Positions 51,675-63,908 of a stretch of 64,000 bases of DNA are shown piece after piece. The notes beneath the pieces are model-generated. The model had not been told where the DNA came from. It saw only the letters and a program-made list of their open reading frames with translations, and made no database searches. Origin of the DNA: Moniliella sp. 'wahieum' (Eukaryota); contig RSEE01000035.1 of NCBI GenBank assembly GCA_003971905.1, positions 248,001-312,000 on the forward strand. The letters are read 5' to 3'. Positions within the stretch are counted from its first letter, which is position 1. Each line of letters starts with the position of its first letter. A program made the position numbers and the translations under genes.

Positions 51675-53321
51675 ATGGTCAAGCTGAAGCCTACCCCTTC
51701 GAAGCGCCAGTCAACCAAGCAGCGCGTCAAGATCAAGAAGCGTGTTGCCGAGCACCACCGCAAGGCTCGGCGCGACGCCAAGAAGAACCCGCAGTGGACC
51801 AGCCGCATCAAGAAGGACCCCGGCATCCCCAACTCGTATCCGTTCAAGGAACAGCTCCTCGAAGAGATCCGCCAAAAGCGCGTCGCGGAGGAGGCCGCTA
51901 AGATCCAGGCCAAGGAGCGTGCGAGGGAGGCGCGCGCACTCAAGGGTGCTGCTGCCACTGAGGAGAGCGAGGACGAGGCAGAGGAGGAGGAGGAGTTTGT
52001 GGATGCCGCACAAGCTCTTCTACTCCAGGCCCCCGTGTACCGCGCCACTCTTGCGGAGCTGCTTGATGACGCCCAAGTGGCTTCGGTGCTTGTTGCGATT
52101 GATGCACGTGATCCCCTGTCGTGGGTCACGCCGTCGTTGCAACAGAACGTCGAGACCAAGGGCAAGCATTTCGCCTATGTCCTGACACGCACCGATCTCG
52201 TGCCACGAGAGGTGGTTAATGCCTGGGCCTCTGTCCTCCATACCCGTTTTTCGGCACCAGTATTTCCCGTGTCTCTAGGCGAGCAGCCTTTGGGTCTCGC
52301 GCCAATCTTGGAGCAGGTACGAGCCTGGGGCAACAAGGACGGGAACCGCGTTGCAGTCTGTGGCATGGAAAATGCCGGCCGCTCCTCTTTGGCTTCTGCG
52401 CTGGGGATGTTGGCTCAAGCGAGGGATGGCGCACCTATCACAGTCTACGACACGGCCCATCTCATTTCTTCCGAGGATCCAGGAAAGGATGACGAGGCGG
52501 CGATGCTGCGTGCTTTGCTACGCAACAAGGGCCCCATGCAAAAATCCAAGACGATCGAAGCCCTAGCACGAGCACTCATCACCCGCGTCGCTCGCATCTT
52601 GGACTTGCAGCTTCTCTACCGTCTCCCGGCTTTTGCTGCTGGTGCCGAGACACGTTCCGGTGCAGATCTCACCGCGACTGAGTTTGATGAGCTCTGCGTT
52701 CATCTCGCCCGTTCCATTGGACACCTTGCTCGCGGTGGCGCGCCGTCCATCACGCCCATTATGCGTAAACTCATCTTTGATTGGTGTCATGAAAAGATGA
52801 TGTACTATGCCATGCCCCCGCTCTCGCGGTCTGACGCCAGTGCCCAGGCCGCGAGCTTGGGCGACCGCTTGCCCACCACCTTGGCCGGACTGGATGAGGC
52901 CGTCCTCCCCATCTCGGAATGGAAGGCGCAGTACGCCCCCCGTCAGCTCCGCCTGCTTCCAGGCCCCGTTGACCCCCGTACCCTCGAGTGGGAGTACATG
53001 TTCTTTGTCCCGCCTTCGGAGCGACCCGCTAAAGAGGGTAAAAAGGCGGTCAAGTTTGCTGACCCCGATGGGTCGGATGAGGAAGATGAGGCAGAGTTGA
53101 CCGATGACGAGTCGGAGGGTTGGGAAGAGGTGGACCCCGAGAGCGCGTCCGAGGAGGAGGAGGAGGAGGAGGTTGAGCAGAAGGTCATCGAGGAGCCTGC
53201 TGTCCCAAAGAAGGCCAAGGGTAAGAGCAGCAAGCGTAAAGCTGAGCCTGAGGATGAAAAGCCACAAAAGAAGCCTCAGGTACACCCGGGGGACAAGTAC
53301 AACTTCCTGGCTCACTTCTGA
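51675..53321 (+). CDS. NUG1: Nug1/GNL3-like 60S biogenesis factor with degenerate GTPase domain
   Basis: GNL3/Grn1 N-terminus SKRQSTKQRVKIKKRVAEHHRKARR..KKDPGIPNSYPFKEQLL, then DARDP, HLARSIGHLARGGAP..IFDW..MYY, an acidic region and a KYNF C-terminal tail. Confidence 0.88.
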   Translation: MVKLKPTPSKRQSTKQRVKIKKRVAEHHRKARRDAKKNPQWTSRIKKDPGIPNSYPFKEQLLEEIRQKRVAEEAAKIQAKERAREARALKGAAATEESEDEAEEEEEFVDAAQALLLQAPVYRATLAELLDDAQVASVLVAIDARDPLSWVTPSLQQNVETKGKHFAYVLTRTDLVPREVVNAWASVLHTRFSAPVFPVSLGEQPLGLAPILEQVRAWGNKDGNRVAVCGMENAGRSSLASALGMLAQARDGAPITVYDTAHLISSEDPGKDDEAAMLRALLRNKGPMQKSKTIEALARALITRVARILDLQLLYRLPAFAAGAETRSGADLTATEFDELCVHLARSIGHLARGGAPSITPIMRKLIFDWCHEKMMYYAMPPLSRSDASAQAASLGDRLPTTLAGLDEAVLPISEWKAQYAPRQLRLLPGPVDPRTLEWEYMFFVPPSERPAKEGKKAVKFADPDGSDEEDEAELTDDESEGWEEVDPESASEEEEEEEVEQKVIEEPAVPKKAKGKSSKRKAEPEDEKPQKKPQVHPGDKYNFLAHF

Positions 53322-53521
53322 TTCCATCTCGTTCTTTGTGTATCAATGCATTCCTCACAGCGACAACAATTGTACTGGGTAGTAGTGTGCCCTCCCATTG
53401 ATGATATCGATGAGTTGTTCGGGGCCCTGGAGCCGGAGGATCAGAGAGGCAAGGTATACTTAATCGATGCAAGTAAATTAAAGGCAGACACGGTCTTCTA
53501 TCATTACGGACGTTGTGAAGG

Positions 53522-55722
53522 TTAGGTAGGCTTTGCTACACCCGCCACTTGATTAAGCAATGGCAAGCTTGGGGACTTGTCCAGCAAATGCCTCATGTCC
53601 AAACCTCGTCCTACATTCAACGAGTCTGACAGGATATCCATTAGAGCGTCACTTGTTCGGATCCTGTGTCTCCTCGTGACTCGCTTCGTACACAGCCGCG
53701 CCTTACCCCAGCGTCCGGCCCGGCGGCCCCAGTCCTCCCGCACCCCCCAAATATGATGGGCGCGGATGGGCGTGGGTGGCGCCCTGACGATGGTGGACTG
53801 ATAGTCGGTAGATGCGAAGTCGTCGGGCGCCTCCAGTAGCTCTTCTATCCTAGGGACCGGATCAGTAGCTTCCCTGGTTGCCGCTTGCGAGTTTTCTGGG
53901 GGCGCACTGGTGGGCGGGACGGAGGACCAGTTGACACGAGTTCCCCAGAGGGCCAGAACAGCCGGTGGAAGTGGCGTCCATGGGTCGGTTGGCCAGGTGG
54001 GTCGGGCCATTTCGTGTAGCCGGGATAGGGCACGGGCCGTGGCAAACTGTTCCGCTTCGCTAGAGAAAAGGGAAGAGTGTTTGCCTCCGCTTTCTGGAAG
54101 TGAAGATGCACTAGGGCTCAGACGATGGTCCTGCACACGGTCATACATCGCCACATTAGGACGGAAGTTTTCGTCGGTGTCCTGCCGCGCTTCGCTGAGC
54201 GTTTCGGTTTGGATAAGCTGAGGAGAGTTGAGCTCAGTGTGTGTGGTCGGTCCGCGTGAACCGAAGAGTGAGTCAATTGGTACGTCAGCCGAGATGAGAA
54301 GACGCGTACGCGTCTCATAAGCAGCGTCAATCAGAGTGATGAATCTGCGTGTTTGATCGCGTGCGCCTTGTTCGCCAGGCTTACTATCGTCCAACGTGAG
54401 TTGAGGAACGTGCTTGATGGCCAAAATGGAGAAGGTAGAGCACAAAGAGAGATAATCTGCCCCTGCAAGCTCATCAGCGCAGAGAGCTCCGAAGGATATC
54501 ATTCCCATACTTTCTTTCCCCTGGGACGGAAGACACGCGTGGGGGATCCGAACCTTGTGGCCGTAGACGCCGATCGACATGGGTTCCCATTGCCGCCCCC
54601 GGAGTAGCTCCTGAACACGAGTGTGGAAGGCGGATAGATCGGATACAAAGTAGTTGCTGTTGTCAGCCAAGGGCCCAGACCGACGAAAGTCTTTACTACC
54701 TGCCATTGCGATTTGCGGGCAATGCAGTTCGAGCGCGTCGAGAAAGGGCTGGAGCTGATTGCGCTGCACGTTGGCCCGCGCATACAACTCCTGCGGCGCA
54801 CGGTTGGACGTGCCCACCACCGTCCCGCCAAGGCGCCAGTATGCAGCCAACACTCGCGCCAGCAGGCCCGCCGAGGCGATATCAAGCAGCTGCAGTTCAT
54901 CCACCAGCATCACTTTGCCCTGCGACACCAGCAGCCAGGCAGCGGCGTACTCGGCGAGAGTGGACGTGCCCAATGCGGCAGACGCCAAGGCAGCGCTCCC
55001 TGTGGCAGGGGACGCACGCACCACCTCCTGCGTTTCTACTGTAGCTTGTCTTGCTTCGCGCGCTTTGACCGCGGCCACGGCACGGTCGTGGACCGGAGGG
55101 CGGAAGACACTTGCAAGGCGGCTGGCGTGTGGCTGGGCCAGCTGACGAACACGATCAAATAGTGCCATAGGACCCGCTGGAGCGCCGGTGCGGGCAGCGC
55201 GGGCCTCTTTGGTCCTTCGTGCCGCTTCCCTATTGACGACTGCGTAAATCTCGAGTAAAAGGTGATGGTAGTGCCGTCGAAAGCCCAAGCCAGGCGGGAG
55301 GGAGGCGAGGAACAGGTCGGCAACCAGGGTCTTACCGCACCCAGGGGAGCCCGTCAGGAGCGCGCCGGGGGGAGCGTGTGGAGAAGGTGTCGGCGAGGCC
55401 ACGAGCCATTTCTCGAGTTCGAGGGCTTGGTGATGGGTGTTGGTGGGGGCGGGAGACGAGGCGGGGGTGGGGGGTGAGCGTGGGTCTGGGTCTGGGTACG
55501 AACTAGGGTCGGCGGCGGATTACGCTGGTGCTGGGCGGCGAGGGTGCGGGCGAGGCGGCGGAGAAGGACGAGTGCGTGGATCTGGGCGCCGTTGCGGGCG
55601 AGATGGCCGGCAGCAACGCGGGTGTGGTACGCGGCGAGCGGGTCGGCGAGCGTATGCGTCGTCCGCCGCGCCACAGCTGCTGCGCGCATTTGTGGTGGCG
55701 TTTGCGTGCCAAGTGAGCGCAT
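53522..55722 (-). CDS. AFG1: AFG1/LACE1-like mitochondrial ATPase
   Basis: Presequence-like N-terminus, Walker A GSPGCGKT, Walker B VMLVDELQL, GTSNRAP.ELY, DFRR, GADYL, RRFITLIDAAYE and FATARALSRLHEM. Confidence 0.88.
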
Positions 55723-55846
55723 CTCAAATTCGTGCGCAGTCGAAATGATTCGATTGGATTGCGCACACGAGAATCAACTGACTCGGGGTGCCCCTCCTCC
55801 CCGCCACCACTTTCTCGCCCGGCCTTGCACCCCGCTGGATGCGCCG

Positions 55847-58800
55847 ATGAGTGTGAACAGCGGGCGAGTCCGTCGCCAGCGCAGCTCCACCGCCCGCAGC
55901 GACGGCGACGGCGCTGCTGCTCATGCGCATGCACGCCGTGTCCGCGCTCTCGGCGCACGCCGCCTCCGCGCTCTCGGCAACTACCGCCTGGGGCGTACCA
56001 TTGGCGAAGGGTCCTTTGGCCGCGTCCGTTTAGCCCACCATTCTCTTCTTCCCCACCTGCGCCGTCGCAGTTAAACAAATCCCGCGCGCCCGTACCGGCG
56101 GCGAGGAGCTGGCAGCGCTTGCGCGTGAGGTGGACCTGCATGCTCGTCTGCGCCACCGCCACGTGATGCAGCTGCTGGAGGTTGTGAGGACAGAGGGCAG
56201 CATCTGGCTTGTGTGTGAGCTGTGCCCCGGTGGCGAGCTATACGACTATCTGGTGGAGCAGCCCGCTGGCCGGTTGGAGGAGCGTGAAGCGCGGCGCCTT
56301 CTTGGCCAGCTGTGCTTGGCTGTAGCGTACGTGCATGATGCGGGCATTGTGCACCGCGACATCAAGCTGGAAAATGTGCTGCTGGACGAGCGGTGTAACG
56401 TCAAGCTTGCAGACTTTGGCTTTGTGTCCCAGTTCGATGACGACGAGCTGCTCGACACGTATTGTGGCACGACCGGTTATGCTGCCCCCGAGATGATCCT
56501 TGGCGAGCGGTACCGTGGGCGCCAGGTGGACATCTGGTCTCTCGGTGTCATTCTCTATGCCCTTCTTACTGGCGCCCTCCCGTTTGACGACGATAGCGAG
56601 GACATCATGCGCGCCAAGATCCTACTCGGCTCGTTTGATATGCCCCAACACGTCTCCGCCGGTACGCTATACTATGCCCCTCCCTTCCTTTTGACCTCGA
56701 CTGACATCACAACATCTTCAGAGGCCGCTGACTTGCTGCGCGCCATCCTCGTCCGCGACCCTTCCAAACGACTTACCATTCCCCAGATCCTCCAGCACCC
56801 CTGGTTTCACATGAATATGGACGCCGTTCCTTCCACCACATCCCCGCCACCACTCGCGGTACCCACCTCTCGAAACGCCAGCATTCGCAGTCTGCCCCGT
56901 AGAGCCCACTCGTATACTGCCCCTTCGATCGAAGAAATTGGCGCAGACCACCACGCAGGCCTTGCTCTGGGTTTAGCCCCCGTTCCTGAAGCGCCGGGCA
57001 TTCTGGATGACTCTGGTTCTGACACAGACGTGTTCCACGATGCGATTGCACAATCGGATGATGGCGCTACGCCGGACGAGGTCCCCGGTGACCCCGTCGA
57101 TACTGATGTTGCCTCAGATGAGGCTGATGTCACGCCCGCCCATTGGCCCAAACTAACAGACAGAAGTCTGCCTGCTTCCCCGTTGATGCACGCCATTGAA
57201 CCGCTGCTTCCCTCGATTAGCACCGACCCATTTACCGTGCCCCCAGAAAATGACGAGACGGACTGGCATGCGCTCCTTTTGCTACAGAGCAAGAGCGCCA
57301 GAGGTGTCCGTGCCCACTTTAGTCGTCCAGTTGAACAACACCTTCTAAGTACTATGTCCACGCTCGGCTTAGACGTGGGCTCCATCGTCAGCTCAGTCCG
57401 ACGGGATGCATGTGATTCGGCCAGTGCTATTTGGTGGCTGCTGCTCCGCCGCGCCGAGGAGAGAGAGAATGAGGAACGCCTTCTTCTCTCTCTTCCAAGG
57501 CGGGATATTGGTCCACAACACAAGAGCACTGGGCCTTCAATCACTTGCCTCCAACTAGTGTAAAGACGGAACCCATTTCCCTTCCCGACGTCCCGGCACC
57601 TCGCCGTATGGAATCGCCTCCAGCAATCGTTATCGCTCCCGGTTCGTCCCCACCAAAGGAGCCGCCTGATCACAGCATTCCCTGGGCGTGCCCCCCGGGC
57701 GAAATATTCGATACGCCCCAGCCCCATACGACCCGTCCGCCTTTGGAAGTTTCCTCGGGGTCTCCTCGGACGCAAAAAAGGGAACCGATTGCTTTACCTT
57801 CACCTGCCAATGTCCCTAGAGACCCCAGCCTGTCAGATGGGGAGCGTAACCTATCGGCACCTCTATTGCCACCTCGAGGGGATGAATATGAAAGTTGGGA
57901 CCATCAACGGACGCATACCACTCCCCACCTTCCGCTGGTGCGCCCCTCTCTACCCACATTGCAGACGGAGCAAACGACTTCAACCATTTCTCTTGGGCAG
58001 GCGCTCTCCTCCCGTTCAGCCTCCCCCATCGAGCTGAATGGTCGCCTTCACATTCAACCGGAGCCAACAGGAGCATCCCGCGACCCGGCTGACAGCTCTG
58101 TATCGCTCCCCTCTGGCAACCCCGACCCCAGCTCCGGGGGATTTGGTCCTGACTCGGCCGAGATGCGGGATGGGAAGAAGGGGCGCAAAAATAAGAATCG
58201 GTTCTTGAACAGTTTGAGCACTGTTCGTACTTGGCTTGGCACTACCGATCCAAAACCGCCGGTCCTGCCGGGCGGAGGGAAGAAGATAGCTTCCCCGCAT
58301 AACGGGGAAGTGAGTCTCCCGCTCCTGATGGCATCCTCTGCCTCTCTCATTCCAGGCCCATCTGAGGCATCAGCCCCATCACCCAAGAGACGGTCAAGTT
58401 CCAAGCCTAGCCTAGGTTTGAGTATGCCACTTCGCAAACGCAAGAAACCGTCCCCACCCAACACCCCACTTAGCTTCCCTCTATCCAGTTTGACCCATCT
58501 GCCGCGGGATGACCATCTTAGCGTTAGTACGGGTGAACCGTTGGCACCCCGGAGCAACAGCCGTCAGCGCACCCCGGTTCGGCCACGAAGAAACCCGCGC
58601 CGGCTCTCCACCACCTCACAGTCTAGTGCGCGTCGTCCCCCTCACGCCGTACCAGTGAAGGTAGTGTCAGCTATGCCCGCCCGGCGCGGACGGTGCGCAC
58701 GCGCCGCCAAAGTCGGAGTGGAAGCACACTGGCCAGCCGCTCCTCAGCGCCTCCGGGTCCAGGGGACTGGACCAGTGGTGCGGGAACTGCTACACCGCGC

Positions 58801-59727
58801 ATGCGCGCCCGTACTAGCGCTTCGCGTCCGTCCAGTATTTTAGGCCGAGTCGACTCGATCTCTTCGGTCACGTCCGCCCGGCCGAGATCTGTCCGATCCA
58901 TGCGAGGCGGTTCCACGTCCACCCCACACCATCGTCATCGTCGCTCCTCCTCCGAGTCGCATACTATTGTAGTCCGTCGAACCTGGTCACAGCGACGTCG
59001 TTCCCTAGCGGACTCGGATGGGGTCAGTGAACTCCGTGTTCCTCGATCACCCTTCCTGGATGCGGAAGAAGGGCCGCTCCGATCACAGTTCTTTGCTCAC
59101 CGCAAACGTTCCTCTTTCAAGCCCCCCCGTCGACGAGACTCTGCGTCGGACGAAGCGCCACCACCCAAGGAAGTCGCGACTTGGTTACAGAGCTGGGGCA
59201 AACCGCCCCCGGATTGGGCGGGACGGGTAGATTCGGGTGTGTCGCCCTCGATGGTACAGAGAAAGGAGCTGCTGGCGCTGCTCCGGCCCAAGTTGCGGGA
59301 TGTGTTTGCAGCGGAAGAAGACGAAGACGAGGACTGGGTGGATGAGGAAGAGGAGGAGGATGCGTTCCCTGGGTATGGACCGGAAGCTGCGGGGCTACGT
59401 CCGCTTGTGCCACCTGAGGGGAACCGGTGGCGCCCCACGCAGCCCCGCGGCAAGCCTGACTCGCCGTACGCCAGTCGGATGATGGTGCATGCGCCCCTAG
59501 CTCTCGCGCCACCGGAAGATGGAGTAGCGGCGCAGTTAGAGACAGTTACTCACCGCCTTGCCTCGGTCGCCTCGCACCCACCTCCTACGGGCCACCCGCA
59601 TGGCCCGCTTGGGGGAATCAACGCCACGGTACCCTCGGGCCCAAGGATGCGTACTGTCGCTGCGCCAGCCTTTACGGATGCCCGATCGAAGAGGAAGAAG
59701 AGGAAGATTAAGCAGGGTGGCTTTTGA
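55847..59727 (+). CDS. CAMKL/MARK-like Ser/Thr kinase (Ppk16-like) with UBA-like and long disordered tail
   Basis: LGNYRLGRTIGEGSFGRV, HRDIKLENVLL, DFG, CGTTGYAAPE and DIWSLGVILY. Intron 56662-56721. Confidence 0.9.
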
Positions 59728-61728
59728 ACGCTCTTTCTCGGACCTTTTTTGAAAACTGTCTTGCCTCTGCGAACGTATACCCTTTGTGACTCTGTGGACA
59801 AAGAATGGGGGCATGGTAATAGTCCAAAACGAAAGGTGCTGGAGGATAGGACTCTCCCGATACCGTGTGTATGGACAATGGTGGCCGACTTCCGAGAAGC
59901 AGGGGGAGGCAGAGGCGGGGCGGAGGCGGGGGCGGAGGCGGGGCGGAGAAGCAAGATGTGAGGGTCCCAGAGGGGCGAGACGGGTCCGCGCACCTCGAGT
60001 GCGCATGACTTGGCCCACGTTGCGTACCACAACCGCGTCCCATGAAAGTCCACCACGGGCGTACCCTCATCGAACACCAACTCTCTCGTCAATCACTTTC
60101 TCTTGGTCGTAGTCGTAGTCGTAGTCGTCGTCATGGTCACGGCGGTGGTGGCGTGCAGGTGGGCGTGCGGGGTCGGGGACACCAACTCGGGCGGAAGTCG
60201 GTCGAGCATGGCGATGGAGACGCAGTCAGCCGCATCAACAGTTCCGCCCCGTTGCCCCGTCGCCCGGTTTCATCGGGCGGACAGGGGTGTGTATTACTTC
60301 GGCGGTTACATACCGACAACTTGCTTACTTCGGGGGGGCGCACGGACCACATGCCCACTGCTTCTATTTACCCCACGGCAGCTTTTGCCATGCAGTGTGC
60401 GAGGGGGCCCCGCCGCCCGGTGGTTCGTTCTCTCCGCGTTCGAGAGGAGATCCCGCCGGCCTCGGCCCGGCACACGCTTGGACGGACTGAAACGTAGGGC
60501 GCTCCCTTGGACATACGATAGCTGAGCCGCACTGCCGCCTGGTGCCCTCGCTCAGAAAGCGCACTGGACCCTAGTTCGCTGGCCTAGTTTGTCATTCTGC
60601 GGTAGCCGCGCCGCACTGCTGCCTGAGGCACTGGCTTAGTCACAACGGAGCCAAGCCGATTGCTGCCTAGCGCGCTACGCATCCGCTGCTCAAAAAGACT
60701 TCCGGACGGTATGAACTAGTAGGGAGACAGGGGAAAACAGGGAGAGGCGGTTGCCGCACGGGCAACCTAGAAAGGTATAAGGTAAACGGGCACGGGGCGA
60801 CTAATGTCGCAAAGGAAAATACCCACAATTGGGTGGCCATGCGGTGGCCACCAATTCACTTGGGCAAAAGAGACGACTATTGTCGCGCGCATACGTAGAA
60901 CTGGTAATCGCGCTGGCGGGCTTGGCAGCCGCGAACAAACTGAATTGAATATGAGGGCGCGCTCTAGCCATGATTGCGTAGAGCGGGCGGGCCTCAGCGC
61001 CTCAGCTCAGCTGAGAACGGATAAGATCGAATCTGGCCCACTGTGACCAACCTGGGGACGGGGTTAGGAAGGCCAAGGGCGCGCGTAGGTTCCGCCGGGA
61101 TAGTGTCAACCCGTCTTCGCCCGTGGCAGTTTCCTATGAAAACGGCGTGCACTTATTTTTTTTTGCACATCTCCGTTTCTGCCCTACCCATCCCCTCAGC
61201 CGGTCGGGCCAGCATCAGAGACGTTATATATGTGGTTTTAGCCCTTGGCAGAGACTATGGCCGTCTGAAGGTCGTTGCGAAAGCTGAGATTTGGCGGTTT
61301 CCTATTATGAACACAGGGTGCACGTATCTGCTTCACTACTAGTACCTTCCCTGGCCAAGCACCCAGTAGCACCCAGTACACTCAGTACACTCAGTACACT
61401 CCGTTATACTCATTGGCCAGCCTCAAGACCTTCAAGTGAGTAAGCACAGATATAAAAAGGTGGAAGTACAACTACCGGTCGCAGGAGAGCCACAAAAATG
61501 CAAGAAGGGCAGAGGGAGAGACACGGCAATATGGACACCATAGGCCGCGAGAGGGCACGGCCATGGCAAGAGAGTCGGAGATCCGACGCGGGGGGAGGGG
61601 CACGCAGGAGGGTGGGAGTGGGGGGGAGGGTAGGAAGTGAATAAGCCCCACAGAAGCATGGGTATACCATCAACATATGACCGGTATCATCTTGGCCAAG
61701 CCAGGTGACAATACTGCAAAGGGAGCGG

Positions 61729-63908
61729 TCAGTGGCCTCGAAGTCGTTTGTGGCGCAGCAGTGCATCTTTGCGGGAAAATACACTGCCACAGCCGCACAT
61801 CCACTCCTTGTTGATACTCGACGAGGCTGGATCCACCTCTTTGCCCCAGACTAGCGCTTGGTCGGGGGAGAGTGTTCCCGACTCGATCGCTCGCAGTTCA
61901 TCTCGCGCATGAATCTGGCGGTGGCGGACAAGGTCATAAAGACGATTGCAGTGTGTGCCACAGTACGCACCCGTCAGGGGATGGAGGTAAGTACAGATGC
62001 TAGTGCCAGGCGCAAGAGGGCCTTCTTTGTCTCCCTCGCGAGAGGCAGCCAGAACCGGCCCAGTGGCAACGTGAGACGAAGCCGATTCGGACGGAGGCGT
62101 GGTTCCCAGGGGTCTGCTCCCACTGGTCTCTCCCCATCCTGGGCGGACAAAATCGTCAGTTGACGGTCTCGCGATAGGTTGCGAGGCCGACCCAATTTCC
62201 TCTTGCCTCGCACAGGCAAAGAGGAGGTCGAAAGGGTAGAATGTGTCTGCTTCCTTTCACCACGACGAGCTCGCTTGGCCGTTCGCCCAGTGCGAGGATG
62301 TACACCCTTGTCTTCCGGACCAGAATCTGACGTCCCCGAGGGACCCGAGGTGGAAGTGGCTATGGCGGTCAGGCTGGGCCGAACCGGATCAGATGTACCC
62401 CCTGCAGTCGACGCGCCAGCATTGTCAGATAGGCCCACAGCTGAGGGCGAAGGTCCCCTCCAGGATCCCGACTGATCACTGGGTAAGGAGAGTGGCTGCC
62501 GGAAAGAAGGGGCTGAGGGCGGATATCCATAACGATTGAGACTTAGGCGCTGTAGGCCCAGTAATGGCTCTTCGTTGAGGGGAAGGCCATTCGCCACTGG
62601 GGAGGGATGGCTCGACGGGGAGCCGGTATGTCGGGGAGAGAGGGAGAGGCGACCATGCTCGGTAGGGAAACAGACTGCTGAGATGGGAATGTAGGCATGG
62701 TGCGACCCCGAGGAGCAACATCTTCTAGGGGGGGCAAACGCCGTCTTCGCTGGTCTTCCTCCATCGTTGGGTCGGGCAAAATATGAGCTAGTAGAGCGAG
62801 ATTGTTGTCCCCCCAGCCCTTGCACAGGCCAACGCAGGGGGCGGCTCGGGTGGGATGTGGACTGGGTCCGACCAGTTAGAGAGTACTGTATCGGGTTGGA
62901 GAGCCTTGGCCTGGCAGGCGGAGGGTAAACAGGCTGCGACAGCCTTCCTTCCGAGGAAAGGAGCTCCTGGCTGCTCGAAGGCCCTGAAATGAAACCAAGA
63001 TGGCGAGGCCCTCCTGAGATAAAGGGAGGAGGGGCGCTGTTGCTCTGTTCCCTGCGAGGAGGGTGCGCTGTGAAGGTGAATCTCCTGCTGGGCATTGGGA
63101 GGGGAGGGAAGGTGGTAGAAAAGGAGCTTGATGTGGGAAGGGCTGAAGTAGCTCCCCTACCAGAAGTGGAAGATGCGGGTCTGGGTGCATCCGGTACCGG
63201 CGATCGCGAGAACGATCGATGTGGGGATACATCTGGTGCATTGCGCGGCAGGGGGTCTGGCGTGGCGCGTCCAGCTGGGACAGGCGGAACCAGATGGGTG
63301 CGAGATGCCGGGCGCAGGAGCAAGTCAGACGAAGTACTGGGCAAGCTGTGGGCCGAAGCGTTTGAGCTCGAGAAACGGGCTGAACCGAGTTTGGGGCGCA
63401 CAGGAAGAGAGGAGGAGGAGGAGGAGCCACTGAGACGGGAGGGGCAAGAGTTCAGGGAGCTCAACGAGGTGAAGGAGGTGCGCTCGGAGCTTTGCGTGGA
63501 GCGAGTGCTGAGCGAAGCAACGGTCGGGTGAGGGCTTGGGGAGGTGTGTTGGGCGGGCGGAAAGGGGGCGGGGGAGGCGGAGGGACAAGAGGCGGGAGAG
63601 GAAGCGAGGAGAGCCTTGGGCTGGTGGCGCCCGGACTGGGGTTGGCACTGGGGCCGGCACTGGGGCCGGCATGGGGGCCGGGGCTGGGGCTGGAAAGGGG
63701 GCTGGGGATGGGGCTGGGGATGGGGCTGGGGATGGGGCTGGGGCTGGCGGGATCCATGGCGCCACGCCGGCCGAGTTGCGAGGCCGAGGGAGGAGGCGAC
63801 GCGCAGGAGCCAGGAGCAGAAGGGGGCTGCCAGATGCCCGATGCGAGGCCACACGTCCCGGGGGCGGGCAGAAGCGCGAGAGCCAGGCGCGGACCAGCAA
63901 GCACTCAA
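61729..63908 (-). CDS. C2H2 zinc-finger transcription factor (5' end uncertain, may lie at or beyond the window edge)
   Basis: A frame not listed in the ORF track (62010-61729) reads ICTYLHPLTGAYCGTHCNRLYDLVRHRQIH..WMCGCGSVFSRKDALLRHKRLRGH-stop, downstream of a long Ser/Pro-rich ORF. Confidence 0.8.

Noticed and set aside
60042..60525. Short plus-strand ORFs downstream of the kinase
   Set aside because: No recognisable motif or consistent codon bias, so a gene call cannot be supported.
601..63908. Calling the frameshifted genes pseudogenes or programmed frameshifts
   Set aside because: Indels affect nearly all genes, including highly conserved ones, without amino-acid decay or consistent slippery sites. 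Sequencing error is the simpler explanation.
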